DNA from: Myxococcales bacterium
GTDB lineage: Bacteria; Myxococcota_A; UBA9042; JABWCM01; BTVJ01
Reading direction: 5' to 3'
DNA: 64,000 nucleotides
NCBI GenBank assembly: GCA_045863395.1
Contig: BTVJ01000007.1
Location: 1-64,000, forward strand
The notes beneath the pieces were generated by a model that saw nothing but the letters and a program-made list of their open reading frames with translations, did no database searches and was not told the origin of the DNA. A program made the translations under genes and the position numbers. The stretch's first letter is position 1. The number at the start of each line of letters is the position of its first letter. Positions 20,461 to 34,671 of the stretch are shown piece by piece.

Positions 20461-21135
20461 ATGAGAGTCCACGTCCACTACTTCGCTCGCTGCCGGGAGC
20501 TCGCCGAGATCTCGGAGGACACCCTCACGCTGCCAGACGGCGCTACCGTCGAGCAGCTCGCCGCGGCCCTGATCGACCTGCGCCCGCGCCTCGCCCGCAT
20601 TCTTCCGAGCGTTCGCATGGCCGTCAACCAGGAGTTCGCCGCGCCGGCCTCCCCGCTCGCCGACGGCGACGAGGTCGCCCTCATCCCGCCGGTCTCCGGG
20701 GGCGCCCCCGACGAGCGCTTCGTCATCACGGGAGACCCCATCACCCCGGATGCTGCCGTCGCCCTCCTGCGTGACTCGCCGGAAGATCGTGGCGCCCTCG
20801 CCACCTTCGCCGGGGTCGTCCGCCGGCGCAGCAACCTCGGCAAGGACGTCACCCACCTGGAGTACGAGGCCTATCCCCCCATGGCGGTCCGCATGATGCG
20901 CGTCATCGAGGCGGAGGCGCGCGAGCGTTGGTCTCTCCTCGACCTGGCCATCGTCCACCGCACGGGGCGGGTGGACATCGGTGGGGTGGCGGTCTCCATC
21001 GCCGTCAGCTCGGTTCACCGGGCAGAGGCCCTGGAGGCCTGCCGTTACGTCATCGACCGCCTCAAGCAGGATGTCCCCATCTGGAAGAAGGAGACGAGCC
21101 CCGCGGGGGAGGAGTGGTGGTCCGAGGGGAGCTGA
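20461..21135 (+). CDS. moaD-moaE: Fused molybdopterin synthase sulfur-carrier and catalytic subunits (MoaD-MoaE)
   Basis: Ubiquitin-like N-domain ending VALIPPVSGG, then MoaE motifs LEYEAY, HRTG, SVHRAEA, LKQDVPIWKKE. Confidence 0.9.
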   Translation: MRVHVHYFARCRELAEISEDTLTLPDGATVEQLAAALIDLRPRLARILPSVRMAVNQEFAAPASPLADGDEVALIPPVSGGAPDERFVITGDPITPDAAVALLRDSPEDRGALATFAGVVRRRSNLGKDVTHLEYEAYPPMAVRMMRVIEAEARERWSLLDLAIVHRTGRVDIGGVAVSIAVSSVHRAEALEACRYVIDRLKQDVPIWKKETSPAGEEWWSEGS

Positions 21136-21171
21136 CGGGGCCCACCATCACTCCGGAGCCCCGCCGGGCGG

Positions 21172-23409
21172 TCAGGAGTACCGCTCCCGCAGCAGGAACA
21201 GGATGGCCTCCTTCGCGCACTCGTTGCAGTAGCCGTAGCGCTCCCGCAGCGTGGTCAGCGTCTGCTCCGAGCGCTGCCGCTCCTTCTCGGCCAGCGAGCT
21301 GCCCTCCCCCGCGATCCAGCGCAGCAGCTCTTCCTTCGCCTTCTGCACGACGGCGCGCTGCTTGGTGTAGTACTCCTCCCGCAGGAGGTGGAACAGCTTG
21401 GGGAACAGGCGCTCGTAGTCCGGTGGCTGGCCCGGGTGGTCCAGATACCAGGCCCCGACCGACGAGATCAGGTCCGAGCGGAACTCCCCGGGAGACTTGC
21501 CGATCTTGAACGTGGCCTCCATCTCCTCCATGAAGCGCCGATCCGGCTCCTCCAGCCGCCCGGTGACGGGGTTCAGCAGCTTCTCGCCCTTCGATGCGTA
21601 GCTCACGTTCATCACGTACCGGGCGAACAGCTCGTGGTACTGCTTCTCGGAGACGAGGCCCATGGAGTCTCGGACCTCGTCGTTGATCAGGTCGAGCACC
21701 CGGTTGCGCACCGCCTCGATGAAGCGCCCCTGATCGTTGTACTCGCCCTGGGCTTCGAGCTTGAGGAAGTCGTAGACCGAGCGGTCCCGGACCAGCTCCG
21801 CGATCTGCTCGATGATCGCCTGCGCAGAGACACACGGATAGCGCTCGTCCTGGGCCGCGTTGAGCAGGATGGTCTTCACCTCCCGCGGCGACGCCCCGGA
21901 CGACCCCTCGTAGCTGGACGACGCGGACAGCTCCTCGTAGAGGTCGCCGATGATGGCGCGCAGCTCCTTGGACTGGTCCACGGTCAGGTGCTTCGGCGCC
22001 TGCCCGGTGGCGTACAGCTCGGCCTTGTCCAGGGGCGACAGGCGCGCCACCAGCTCCCGGACCTCCGACGGGTAGGAGTCCGCCCGCGGCCGGCGCATGC
22101 GGGTCAACACCGCCCACAGGGACGCCGCCAGCGTCGCGTGGGGGGCGATGTGCTTGTTCACTGTGCGGCTGGTGATCTGCTCGTCGTAGATCTGGCGCTC
22201 CACGATGTAGGACCGGATGTAGGGCGCCTTGATCAGCTCCATGCGCCCCTTGAATGACTGGAAGTCCGGGAACTCCTTGAAGGCGCTCAGGTGCTTCTCG
22301 TTGGAGCTGGCGATGAACAGCTCGTCCAGGTACAGGATGCTGCCCGGCAGCGCCACGTTGGCCTTCTCGCAGGTCGCCAGGATGTACTTGAAGGTCTCCA
22401 CGGGCCGCTTGAGCAGATCGTTGTACTCGACCACGCCCCGGTTGGCGTCGACCAGGTCGCCGCTCGGCTCGAAGAGGTTCAGGTTCTGGAGCATGCGGGG
22501 CAGCGACGCCAGGCTCCGGTCCGCCGTGATCTGGTGGACCTGGGCGTCCACGTGCATCTGGGGCTCGACGGTCACGGCGGCCCGCCGGTAGCGGCGCGAC
22601 ACGAAGAAGCGCTCCACCTGCACGTGCTGCAGCACCCGCTCGTAGTCGCCGTTGTAGCTCGACAAGAGCGCCTCGAAGATCTGGCGCGACTTGGGGGACA
22701 GGTCCCCATAGGCGATGTAGTCGCTCAGCAGGAACTCGTCGCGCCGCTCGTTCTCACCGCCGGTCGTGCGGAGCAGCTCCTCGATGACCTTGCGCCGGCT
22801 CTCCCTCGGGACGAGGAAGATGGGGTGGTCGCGCAGATCGCTGGGGATGCGCGCGTCGACGTCGTCTCCCTCGAGGTACGCATAGGTATGGATGGGCTCG
22901 GCCTCGGGCTCGCTCCCGAAGCCGAGGCGCTTCCGCGACGTGCCCTGCTTGCTCGGGAAGATCCAGTTGAAGCCGTAGAGTGCGCCCTCGTCCAGGGTGG
23001 AGAAGTGCTCCATGGCGCGGGTGATGCACGCGATGAGCGAGGACTTGGCGGACCCGTTCGGTCCGTGGATCAGCGCAAGCTGCGTCACCCGCCCGGACCG
23101 CGTGAAGTTGCGGATCATCCGGTAGACCTCGCCCTGCACCTCCTCCTGCCCGATGAGCCTGTCCTGCCCGTGATCCCAGGGGCAGTCGAACAGCCGCCAG
23201 CGCGTCACGGCTCCCGTCGGGGCCTCAACCGTCACCCGCCCATAGTGGTGGAACATGTCGAGCACGTACTGGGCGACGCCCCGCGCCTGCCGCCGGGGAT
23301 CGGCGGCGAGAAGCCCGAACCACTCCTGGTAGGAGAGCACCCGCTTCTTGGACGCGAAGTCGCTCTTGACGTGAGCGTTCAGTCCATCGAGCGCGGACGG
23401 CTTGCTCAT
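21172..23409 (-). CDS. prkA: PrkA/YeaG-family AAA+ serine protein kinase
   Basis: HGPNGSAKS Walker A, GDLVDANRGVVEYNDLLKRP, SGASPRE, ERYGYC; start ATG 23409. Confidence 0.88.
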   Translation of the reverse strand: MSKPSALDGLNAHVKSDFASKKRVLSYQEWFGLLAADPRRQARGVAQYVLDMFHHYGRVTVEAPTGAVTRWRLFDCPWDHGQDRLIGQEEVQGEVYRMIRNFTRSGRVTQLALIHGPNGSAKSSLIACITRAMEHFSTLDEGALYGFNWIFPSKQGTSRKRLGFGSEPEAEPIHTYAYLEGDDVDARIPSDLRDHPIFLVPRESRRKVIEELLRTTGGENERRDEFLLSDYIAYGDLSPKSRQIFEALLSSYNGDYERVLQHVQVERFFVSRRYRRAAVTVEPQMHVDAQVHQITADRSLASLPRMLQNLNLFEPSGDLVDANRGVVEYNDLLKRPVETFKYILATCEKANVALPGSILYLDELFIASSNEKHLSAFKEFPDFQSFKGRMELIKAPYIRSYIVERQIYDEQITSRTVNKHIAPHATLAASLWAVLTRMRRPRADSYPSEVRELVARLSPLDKAELYATGQAPKHLTVDQSKELRAIIGDLYEELSASSSYEGSSGASPREVKTILLNAAQDERYPCVSAQAIIEQIAELVRDRSVYDFLKLEAQGEYNDQGRFIEAVRNRVLDLINDEVRDSMGLVSEKQYHELFARYVMNVSYASKGEKLLNPVTGRLEEPDRRFMEEMEATFKIGKSPGEFRSDLISSVGAWYLDHPGQPPDYERLFPKLFHLLREEYYTKQRAVVQKAKEELLRWIAGEGSSLAEKERQRSEQTLTTLRERYGYCNECAKEAILFLLRERYS

Positions 23410-23438
23410 CGCTCGTGCTCCTGAGTGAGACACCGGCC

Positions 23439-23924
23439 TCAGTCGACCTGGACCACCCAGGCGACCTTCTCGTTGCGGTACACGAGGCACGCGTCGTCGT
23501 TGCACACGCTGAAGTTTGCGGTGCCCTCGAGGCTCGCGGTTCCTGGCGAGACGGCCTCGAAGGGGATGGCCAGGGTCGCCTCCGGGCCCTTCTCCTTCGC
23601 CTGGAAGGCGGCCGTCTCGAACTCGGCCTTGTCCAGCTTCACCGCGGCGGGCACCGTCGCCACCTTGAAGGCGGCTGGATACTCCATGTTCCACTTGTAG
23701 CCGGTGGCCGCCTTGATGACGACCTTCATCTCCGCCTTGGACCCCGCCTTCGCTGAGGGGGCCGTGACCGCGATGGTGAACTGTTTGGCGTCGTCCGCCG
23801 GCTTTGCCCCGGGCGCCGCGGCCCCTTTGTCCGCGGGGACCTGGCCCTCCGCCGGGGTCGAGCCTTGCTTGCAGGCGACCCCGAGCAGGGCAGCGATGGA
23901 GAACCACGTAAGGAACCGTCTCAT
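23439..23924 (-). CDS. Lipoprotein with DsbD N-terminal (Ig-like)-type domain
   Basis: Lipobox LLGVAC, GYKWNMEYP, C-terminal FSVCNDDACL (CxxxxC). Confidence 0.6.
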   Translation of the reverse strand: MRRFLTWFSIAALLGVACKQGSTPAEGQVPADKGAAAPGAKPADDAKQFTIAVTAPSAKAGSKAEMKVVIKAATGYKWNMEYPAAFKVATVPAAVKLDKAEFETAAFQAKEKGPEATLAIPFEAVSPGTASLEGTANFSVCNDDACLVYRNEKVAWVVQVD

Positions 23925-24235
23925 CTGGAAGCCTCCGTTCTGGTGTGGACGGGCATCGAGCCGCCTCCAGAACCCGGTTGAATAGCAGATCCATTCCGAT
24001 CCGCCAAGGCGCGACAGATGACCACGCGACGACGCGCCGCGTCACGGGCCGGCCTTCGAGCGCCTGGCTCCCGCGCTGGCTCACCTCTGGGGCGCACGCT
24101 CGCCCCCCTGGCGTCCGTGGATTGTGGCTCTCGGCGGTTGAAGTTTCCGCCGCGCCGTCTAGAATGGCCCGCACCTGAACGGGTGAACCGCATGGCGTTG
24201 CGCTCAGGCGCTCCACCCGCGGTTCGGGAGGTCGC

Positions 24236-24889
24236 GTGACGCTACGATTCCTCATCGCGCTGCTGGTGTTCGTAGGCGCGTTTGCCGCGGGCCTGTTGGG
24301 CACCTATGCCTTGATCTCGCGCAGCTCGGGGCAGGGCATCCACGCCGTGCCGAGGCCCGACGCGCCTGGAGCGGTCTCGAAGCGCGAGGCTCCCGCCGTC
24401 ACCGAGCCCGTCCCGTCCCCCCGCGACGCCCAGGCCGGAGAGGAGCCGCTGGCGCTCCCACAGCCCCCCTCGGAGTTCGTACCGCCCGTCGACGTGAAGC
24501 TTGGCACGCTGGACGCTCTCCCCACCGAGCCTGCGCGAGATCCATCCTGGTGGTCCGGCCTCGTCGGCACGCGCTGCGTCGTGCTGTTGGCCGAGGTCGG
24601 CTTCACGAGCCTGTCGGTGCGCGCGGGCGCCTTGGAGGACGGCGAGCGCATCGACTGGGGCGCTCGGTTCGGCAAGGCGCGCAAGGTTGGCTCGGTGCGT
24701 GCCAACCAGGGCGCCCTCGTGCAGCTCGAGGCGCTCGGTTACGGCGCGGACGACACGCCGAACGCCGCCTTGGTGACGGTGCTGGGCGCAGGCAAGGGCG
24801 TCCGCGGGGTCATGTCGCTCCAGGTGGAGGGAAAGCAGGTGCGACTGGAGCCCGCGCCGGTAGAGGAGGCGACGGGGGGGCCCCGCTGA
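24236..24889 (+). CDS. Hypothetical protein with N-terminal membrane anchor and Pro-rich linker
   Basis: GGGAGG RBS before GTG, hydrophobic N terminus. Confidence 0.6.
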   Translation: MTLRFLIALLVFVGAFAAGLLGTYALISRSSGQGIHAVPRPDAPGAVSKREAPAVTEPVPSPRDAQAGEEPLALPQPPSEFVPPVDVKLGTLDALPTEPARDPSWWSGLVGTRCVVLLAEVGFTSLSVRAGALEDGERIDWGARFGKARKVGSVRANQGALVQLEALGYGADDTPNAALVTVLGAGKGVRGVMSLQVEGKQVRLEPAPVEEATGGPR

Positions 24890-25205
24890 GCCCCGTGTCT
24901 CGAGACGGGTCGTGGCCAGTGCTTGCCGGCTCCCGTGGGGACCGCGTGCGCCTCGGTTCGAGGCTGCCGCCCAACAAGAGGTGTTGACATTTTTCGGACC
25001 CCGGCGGATAGGTGAAGGTTGCAGGCCGAGGCGGTCATGGCCGTCACTGCGGACGGCCCCCGCGGGTACGGCGCACAGAGAGGGCAGTCGGGTGACGCTC
25101 ACCGGCACGACGCCCCGGGGCCCCGGGGGCAGGAAGGCTCGACGGGCCGGTGACCAAGCACAGCATCAGGTGTCGGTTCCCGTGCAAGATGGACCGGAGA
25201 AATCA

Positions 25206-25709
25206 GTGAAGACGCCGACGTCCACCGGGTCCGGGGGCTCCCGCAGGGGTGGTTCGCGTGGGGGCGACGACGGCACGGAGGGGCGCAAGGGGCGCCGCAA
25301 GTCGCGCACCATCCCGATGCGGCAGCTCACCCGGGAGGAGATGGTCACCGGCGCCGAGCTCGCCGACTTCATGGACTACCACCGGCCCCACCACCGCTCG
25401 GAGTGCGTCAACGGGGTCCGACCGTGCCCCTTCGTCACGTGCAAGCACCACCTCTATCTCGACGTCAACCCGGACACAGGCTCCATCAAGCTGAACTTCC
25501 CCGACCTGGAGGTCTGGGAGATGAAGGAGACCTGCGCCCTGGACGTCGCCGACCGTGGTGGCATCACGCTGGAGGAGGTGGGAGAGATCCTGAACCTCAC
25601 GCGTGAGCGCATCCGGCAGGTGGAGGTCAAGGGTCTCGAGCGCCTTCGGGATGCCGGACGCCGCGTCGACTCCCGCGAGCCCGTCGATGAAGATGCCGAG
25701 GAAGAGTAA
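25206..25709 (+). CDS. Small DNA-binding protein with sigma70 region-4 HTH and a Cys/His cluster
   Basis: [21 protein letters not shown] (sigma70 r4 signature), upstream [25 protein letters not shown] start after GGAG. Confidence 0.8.
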   Translation: MKTPTSTGSGGSRRGGSRGGDDGTEGRKGRRKSRTIPMRQLTREEMVTGAELADFMDYHRPHHRSECVNGVRPCPFVTCKHHLYLDVNPDTGSIKLNFPDLEVWEMKETCALDVADRGGITLEEVGEILNLTRERIRQVEVKGLERLRDAGRRVDSREPVDEDAEEE

Positions 25710-25722
25710 CCGCTTGGTCTTC

Positions 25723-27156
<1,434 letters not shown>

Positions 27157-27183
27157 GGGGGACCGGAGCGGCGCACGCACGCA

Positions 27184-29625
<2,442 letters not shown>

Positions 29626-29737
29626 GGGCTTCACCTGGAGGGACGTGATCGAAGCGGCGCGGCCGCCGGATGTGCGGTGGCGCCTGTGCGGAGCAGGCAG
29701 GCCCGCCGGGGGGAGCGGCGCGCGATGGGGGAGCGCG

Positions 29738-30991
<1,254 letters not shown>

Positions 30992-31242
30992 CTTGGGCTC
31001 CTTGCTGCGCCAGGGCACTCGGGTCACTGCAGGGCCGGTGAGGCGCTCCCTCGCACACTCATCGTCTTACCGCTGCACGAAACGGGCTCCCTGGTCGCCG
31101 CGTCAACGACAACAATGCCGCCTGGCTCCCCATTTCGCCGTGCGACCCTGCCGTCCTGGAACGGGAGCATACGAAAAACCCTGGGGGAGCACAACACGGC
31201 CACCGTGCACGCCGTTGAACCGCGGCCGGGGCCATGCGCAGC

Positions 31243-31857
31243 TCAGATCTTGGCGTCCTCACGCTGGCCGTCGTCCTTGCGCACGATGACCTCGTCGATG
31301 ATGCCGTACTCGCGGGCCTCTGCCGCCCCCATATAGAAGTCCCGGTCGGTGTCCGAGCGCACCTTGTCGACGTGCTGGGACGTGTGCTTGGCGAGGATCT
31401 CGGTGAGCTTGTTCTTCACGAAGAGGATCTCGCGGGCCTGGATGTCGATGTCGGTGGCCTGACCGCTGAAGCCGCCGAGCGGCTGGTGCAGCAGCATGCG
31501 GGAGTGGGGCAGCGAGTAGCGGCGCCCCTTGTCTCCGGCTGCCAGCAGCACCGCGGCCATGCTCGCGGCCTGCCCGATGCAGATGGTCGTGATCGGGCAG
31601 CGGATGTACTGCATGGTGTCGTAGATGGCCAGCCCCGCCGTCACCGACCCGCCCGGCGAGTTGATGTAGATGGAGATGTCCTTCTCCGGGTCCTCCGACT
31701 CGAGGAAGAGGAGCTGCGCGATGATCACGTTCGCGATCTGATCCTCGATGGGGAAGCCGAGGAAGATGATGCGGTCCTTCAGCAGCCGGGAGAAGATGCT
31801 CCACTCGCGCTCGCCGCGGTGCGTGGTCTCGATGACCGTCGGGATCCACCAGCTCAT
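31243..31857 (-). CDS. clpP: Clp protease proteolytic subunit
   Basis: [32 protein letters not shown]. Confidence 0.98.
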   Translation of the reverse strand: MSWWIPTVIETTHRGEREWSIFSRLLKDRIIFLGFPIEDQIANVIIAQLLFLESEDPEKDISIYINSPGGSVTAGLAIYDTMQYIRCPITTICIGQAASMAAVLLAAGDKGRRYSLPHSRMLLHQPLGGFSGQATDIDIQAREILFVKNKLTEILAKHTSQHVDKVRSDTDRDFYMGAAEAREYGIIDEVIVRKDDGQREDAKI

Positions 31858-33179
31858 TCTTCGTTGCCCTCCGTGGTCTCGGGCTCGTCCGGGTCCGGCG
31901 CCGTCGCCGGCTCCACAGTGGCGCGCGAGCGCAGGAAATCAAGCACCTTCTCGCGAAGGAGCTGCGACTTCAAGCCGTTGCGTCGCGAAGCGTCCCCCCA
32001 GAGCGAGCGCACGAACTGGGCGGCCCGGCCACTGCGCTCGGCGAGCGACTCCAAGTACGCGTCCACGTCTGCGTCGTCGGCGCTCAGGCCGTTCTGCTTG
32101 GCGATGGCCTCTACCAGGAGCGCCTCGCGGACCACGCGCTCACCGCGGGCCAGGAACATATCGCGCGCCTCCGGCCCACCGAGGCCCAGCTTCTCGATGT
32201 CGATGCCCTGGCGCTGCATCTCGCCCGCCATGTGCTCGGCCAGCATCTGGGCGCGGTCCTCTACGAGGGTCTGGGGGACCATGAAGTCCTCCCGCGCCAC
32301 GAGCTGGTCCAGCAGGCGCTCCGTCGTCGCGCCCTTGGCGTCGGTGGCCTTCTGCTCCTGGATCTCTGCGCGCAGCTTGTCGCGCAGGGCGTCCAGGCTC
32401 TCGTGATCCATGTCCCGGGCCAGATCGTCGTCCAGCTCCGGGATCTCGCGGCGGCGTACCTTCTGGGCGGTGACGTCGAAGAAGGCCTCCTGGCCCGCCA
32501 GGTGCGCCGCGTGATAGTCGGCCGGGAAGCTGATGGAGAGTGTCCGGGCCTCGCCTGGGCGAATGCCCAGGAGCTGGTCCTCGAAGCCGGGGATGAAGGA
32601 CCCGGAGCCGAGCTCCAGGTCGTGGCCCTCGCCCGAGCCGCCCTTGAAGGGCTCGTCGCCCAGGCGCCCGACGAAGTCGATGGTCACGATGTCGCCGGTG
32701 TCTGCCCCGCCGTCTTCCACCGGGACCAGCTCGGCGCGCGACCTCCGCAGCTCCTCCAGACGACCCGCGATCTCCTCGTCCGAGGCCGAGTGGTCGAGCT
32801 GGGGGATCGTCAGGCCATCGAGGCTGATGGGACCAAACTCCGGAGCGATGTCCACCTTGATGCTGTAGCGGTATGCGGAGCCCTGGGCGGCCGGCGCTTT
32901 GTCGATGGCGAGGATGCCGACCGCCTCGACGGACGCCTCCTGCAGGGCCTTGGCCGCGGTCTCTTCGACCAGGCGGTCCCCGATGTCCGTCGCGAGAGTG
33001 GCGCCGAAGCGCTTCACGAGCAGGCTCCGGGGCACCTTCCCAGGCCGGAACCCCTTGATCGGGTTGCTCCGCGCGATGGCCCTCCAGGAGTCCTCGAACT
33101 CCTTGTCGACGCGCGCGGCGTCTATCTCCACCGTGATCTGCTTGGTGACGGGGCTCAGGGACTCGACGTCCACCTTCAT
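31854..33179 (-). CDS. tig: Trigger factor
   Basis: GFRPGKVP signature, FKBP domain [14 protein letters not shown]; tig-clpP-clpX-lon order. Confidence 0.96.
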   Translation of the reverse strand: MKVDVESLSPVTKQITVEIDAARVDKEFEDSWRAIARSNPIKGFRPGKVPRSLLVKRFGATLATDIGDRLVEETAAKALQEASVEAVGILAIDKAPAAQGSAYRYSIKVDIAPEFGPISLDGLTIPQLDHSASDEEIAGRLEELRRSRAELVPVEDGGADTGDIVTIDFVGRLGDEPFKGGSGEGHDLELGSGSFIPGFEDQLLGIRPGEARTLSISFPADYHAAHLAGQEAFFDVTAQKVRRREIPELDDDLARDMDHESLDALRDKLRAEIQEQKATDAKGATTERLLDQLVAREDFMVPQTLVEDRAQMLAEHMAGEMQRQGIDIEKLGLGGPEARDMFLARGERVVREALLVEAIAKQNGLSADDADVDAYLESLAERSGRAAQFVRSLWGDASRRNGLKSQLLREKVLDFLRSRATVEPATAPDPDEPETTEGNEE

Positions 33180-33318
33180 AGGAATCCTCGTGCTGGCGAC
33201 GGCGCCCGGGGGCGGCCGGTGTGCTTTTTGCCGGCGGGCGTCGCGTTTGAGCGAACCAGACCGGCCGTCCGGAGCCGCTCCGCGTGATGCCGCTGGCCGG
33301 TGGTCGGCCTGCGCTTCA

Positions 33319-33402
33319 TGGTGCGAGGGAGGGGACTCGAACCCCTACGGTGAAACCGCTGGAACCTAAATCCAGTGCGTCTACCAGTTCCGCCACCCTC
33401 GC
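33319..33402 (-). tRNA. tRNA-Leu (anticodon TAG), CCA encoded
   Basis: Reverse complement GCGAGGGTGGCGGAACTGGTAGACGCACTGGATTTAGGTTCCAGCG...GGTTCGAGTCCCCTCCCTCGCACCA; long variable arm. Confidence 0.95.
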
Positions 33403-33433
33403 CTTGACACCAGGACTCAGGGCCCTTGAACAG

Positions 33434-33463
33434 AAAAACCGCCGCACCGGTCGGCGCGACGGT
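33434..33463 (-). terminator. Possible intrinsic terminator downstream of tRNA-Lys
   Basis: Minus-strand RNA ACCGUCGCGCCG-AC-CGGUGCGGCGGU then a U-tract (two G-U pairs). Confidence 0.5.
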
Positions 33464-33481
33464 CTCTCAGGAATGAACGAG

Positions 33482-33554
33482 TGAGCCAGGAAGGAATCGA
33501 ACCTTCAACCTCCGGATTAAGAGTCCGCTGCTCTACCAATTGAGCTACTGGCCC
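33482..33554 (-). tRNA. tRNA-Lys (anticodon CTT), CCA not fully encoded
   Basis: Reverse complement GGGCCAGTAGCTCAATTGGTAGAGCAGCGGACTCTTAATCCG...GGTTCGATTCC. Confidence 0.95.
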
Positions 33555-33592
33555 ATCTGACTTCCGGGAACCCGGGAGCCTTTGGAGGGCTG

Positions 33593-33621
33593 AGATTATC
33601 CATCTCGCCCTGCCCGGTCAA
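33593..33621 (-). promoter_or_regulatory. sigma70-type promoter for tRNA-Lys
   Basis: TTGACC-17 nt-TAATCT on the minus strand. Confidence 0.75.
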
Positions 33622-33664
33622 CGAAATTCTCGTGCGTCGCCGCTGCTTTTCTGACTCCCCTCGG

Positions 33665-33739
33665 TACGCCCGGCAGGATTCGAACCTGCGGCCTGCGGAT
33701 TCGAAGTCCGACGCTCTATCCGGGCTGAGCTACGGGCGC
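33665..33739 (-). tRNA. tRNA-Arg (anticodon TCG), CCA not fully encoded
   Basis: Reverse complement GCGCCCGTAGCTCAGCCCGGATAGAGCGTCGGACTTCGAATCCG...GGTTCGAATCC. Confidence 0.93.
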
Positions 33740-33792
33740 ATGGATCATACAGCGCGTGTCGCTTCGAGTGTTTTCAAGGGCATACGCCCTGC

Positions 33793-33868
33793 GGGGTGAG
33801 TGAAGGGACTTGAACCCTCGACGGCCGGAACCACAATCCGGAGCTCTACCTACTGAGCTACACCCACC
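33793..33868 (-). tRNA. tRNA-His (anticodon GTG) with encoded G-1
   Basis: Reverse complement GGTGGGTGTAGCTCAGTAGGTAGAGCTCCGGATTGTGGTTCCGG...GGTTCAAGTCC. Confidence 0.95.
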
Positions 33869-33903
33869 ATCGTCGCGGCCCGTCGGGCCGTCAGCGAGGC
33901 AGG

Positions 33904-33932
33904 ACCTTAGCAGGGAGGCGCGAGCGTGTCAA
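33904..33932 (-). promoter_or_regulatory. sigma70-type promoter for tRNA-His/tRNA-Arg(TCG)
   Basis: TTGACA-17 nt-TAAGGT on the minus strand. Confidence 0.8.
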
Positions 33933-33952
33933 CGCCACTTCTGTCTCATTCT

Positions 33953-34029
<77 letters not shown>

Positions 34030-34055
34030 ATCGCTTATGCCCTCCCAGGCGCCGG

Positions 34056-34084
34056 ATGGTATGCGGCCACCATGGGCGCGTCAA
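34056..34084 (-). promoter_or_regulatory. sigma70-type promoter for tRNA-Arg(TCT)
   Basis: TTGACG-17 nt-TACCAT on the minus strand. Confidence 0.7.
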
Positions 34085-34126
34085 GGCGGCGGAGTGTGCG
34101 TGCCGCCTGACGGGCCGCGGGCGAGG

Positions 34127-34657
34127 TCAGGCGTGGGGCCCAGCCTGATGGTGTCGCCCGATGACCGTCCAGTGCAGGACGAGGCCGAGCGCCACGAGCG
34201 CGAGACCCCCGATGGGCACCCACAGGATGGGCAGCTCCGGCTGCTCCACCACGTCGTTGCCAAACCACACGCGCCGAGCGGCGATTCGATCATGGAGCGC
34301 CGCGCCCCAGAAGGTCATGAGCAGGAGCGAGGTCAGGAGGGACGAGACCTTCGGCAACGGGGTGCGCCGGTAGTGGCCCTTCACGTACAGGAGGATGAAG
34401 GCCAGGATGACGAGCCACATGGCCAGGAACATGAACCAGTCGCGGAACGGGTGGACGACGACGATGGCGGTCCCGGCTGCCGCAGTGGCCCCGTAGAGCA
34501 GCAGCAGCCCGATGAGGTAACGGGAGTGAATCGACGCGAGGAGGGAGCCCAGAGAGCGCACTCTCTGTACGGCGTCGCCTACGATCTCGCGGGCTTCCTC
34601 GACGGGGTCGTGCTGTGGCTCGGGGGGCGAGGGTGCGGGGTCCTGGGGCTCGGCCAT
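34127..34657 (-). CDS. Hypothetical 4-TM membrane protein directly downstream of nuoN
   Basis: Start ATG 34657 (MAEPQDP), four hydrophobic segments. Confidence 0.65.
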   Translation of the reverse strand: MAEPQDPAPSPPEPQHDPVEEAREIVGDAVQRVRSLGSLLASIHSRYLIGLLLLYGATAAAGTAIVVVHPFRDWFMFLAMWLVILAFILLYVKGHYRRTPLPKVSSLLTSLLLMTFWGAALHDRIAARRVWFGNDVVEQPELPILWVPIGGLALVALGLVLHWTVIGRHHQAGPHA

Positions 34658-34671
34658 GGCCTTGGGAGGCC

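Noticed and set aside
23410..24303. N-terminal 300-aa extension of PrkA in the ORF track
   Set aside because: Overlaps a better-supported lipoprotein gene in another frame; PrkA similarity starts at MSKPS (23409), which has a GGAG RBS
24990..25205. SRP RNA or a known riboswitch in the leader of the sigma-r4 gene
   Set aside because: Hairpins are present but I could not match the SRP domain IV or c-di-GMP riboswitch consensus by eye; needs Infernal
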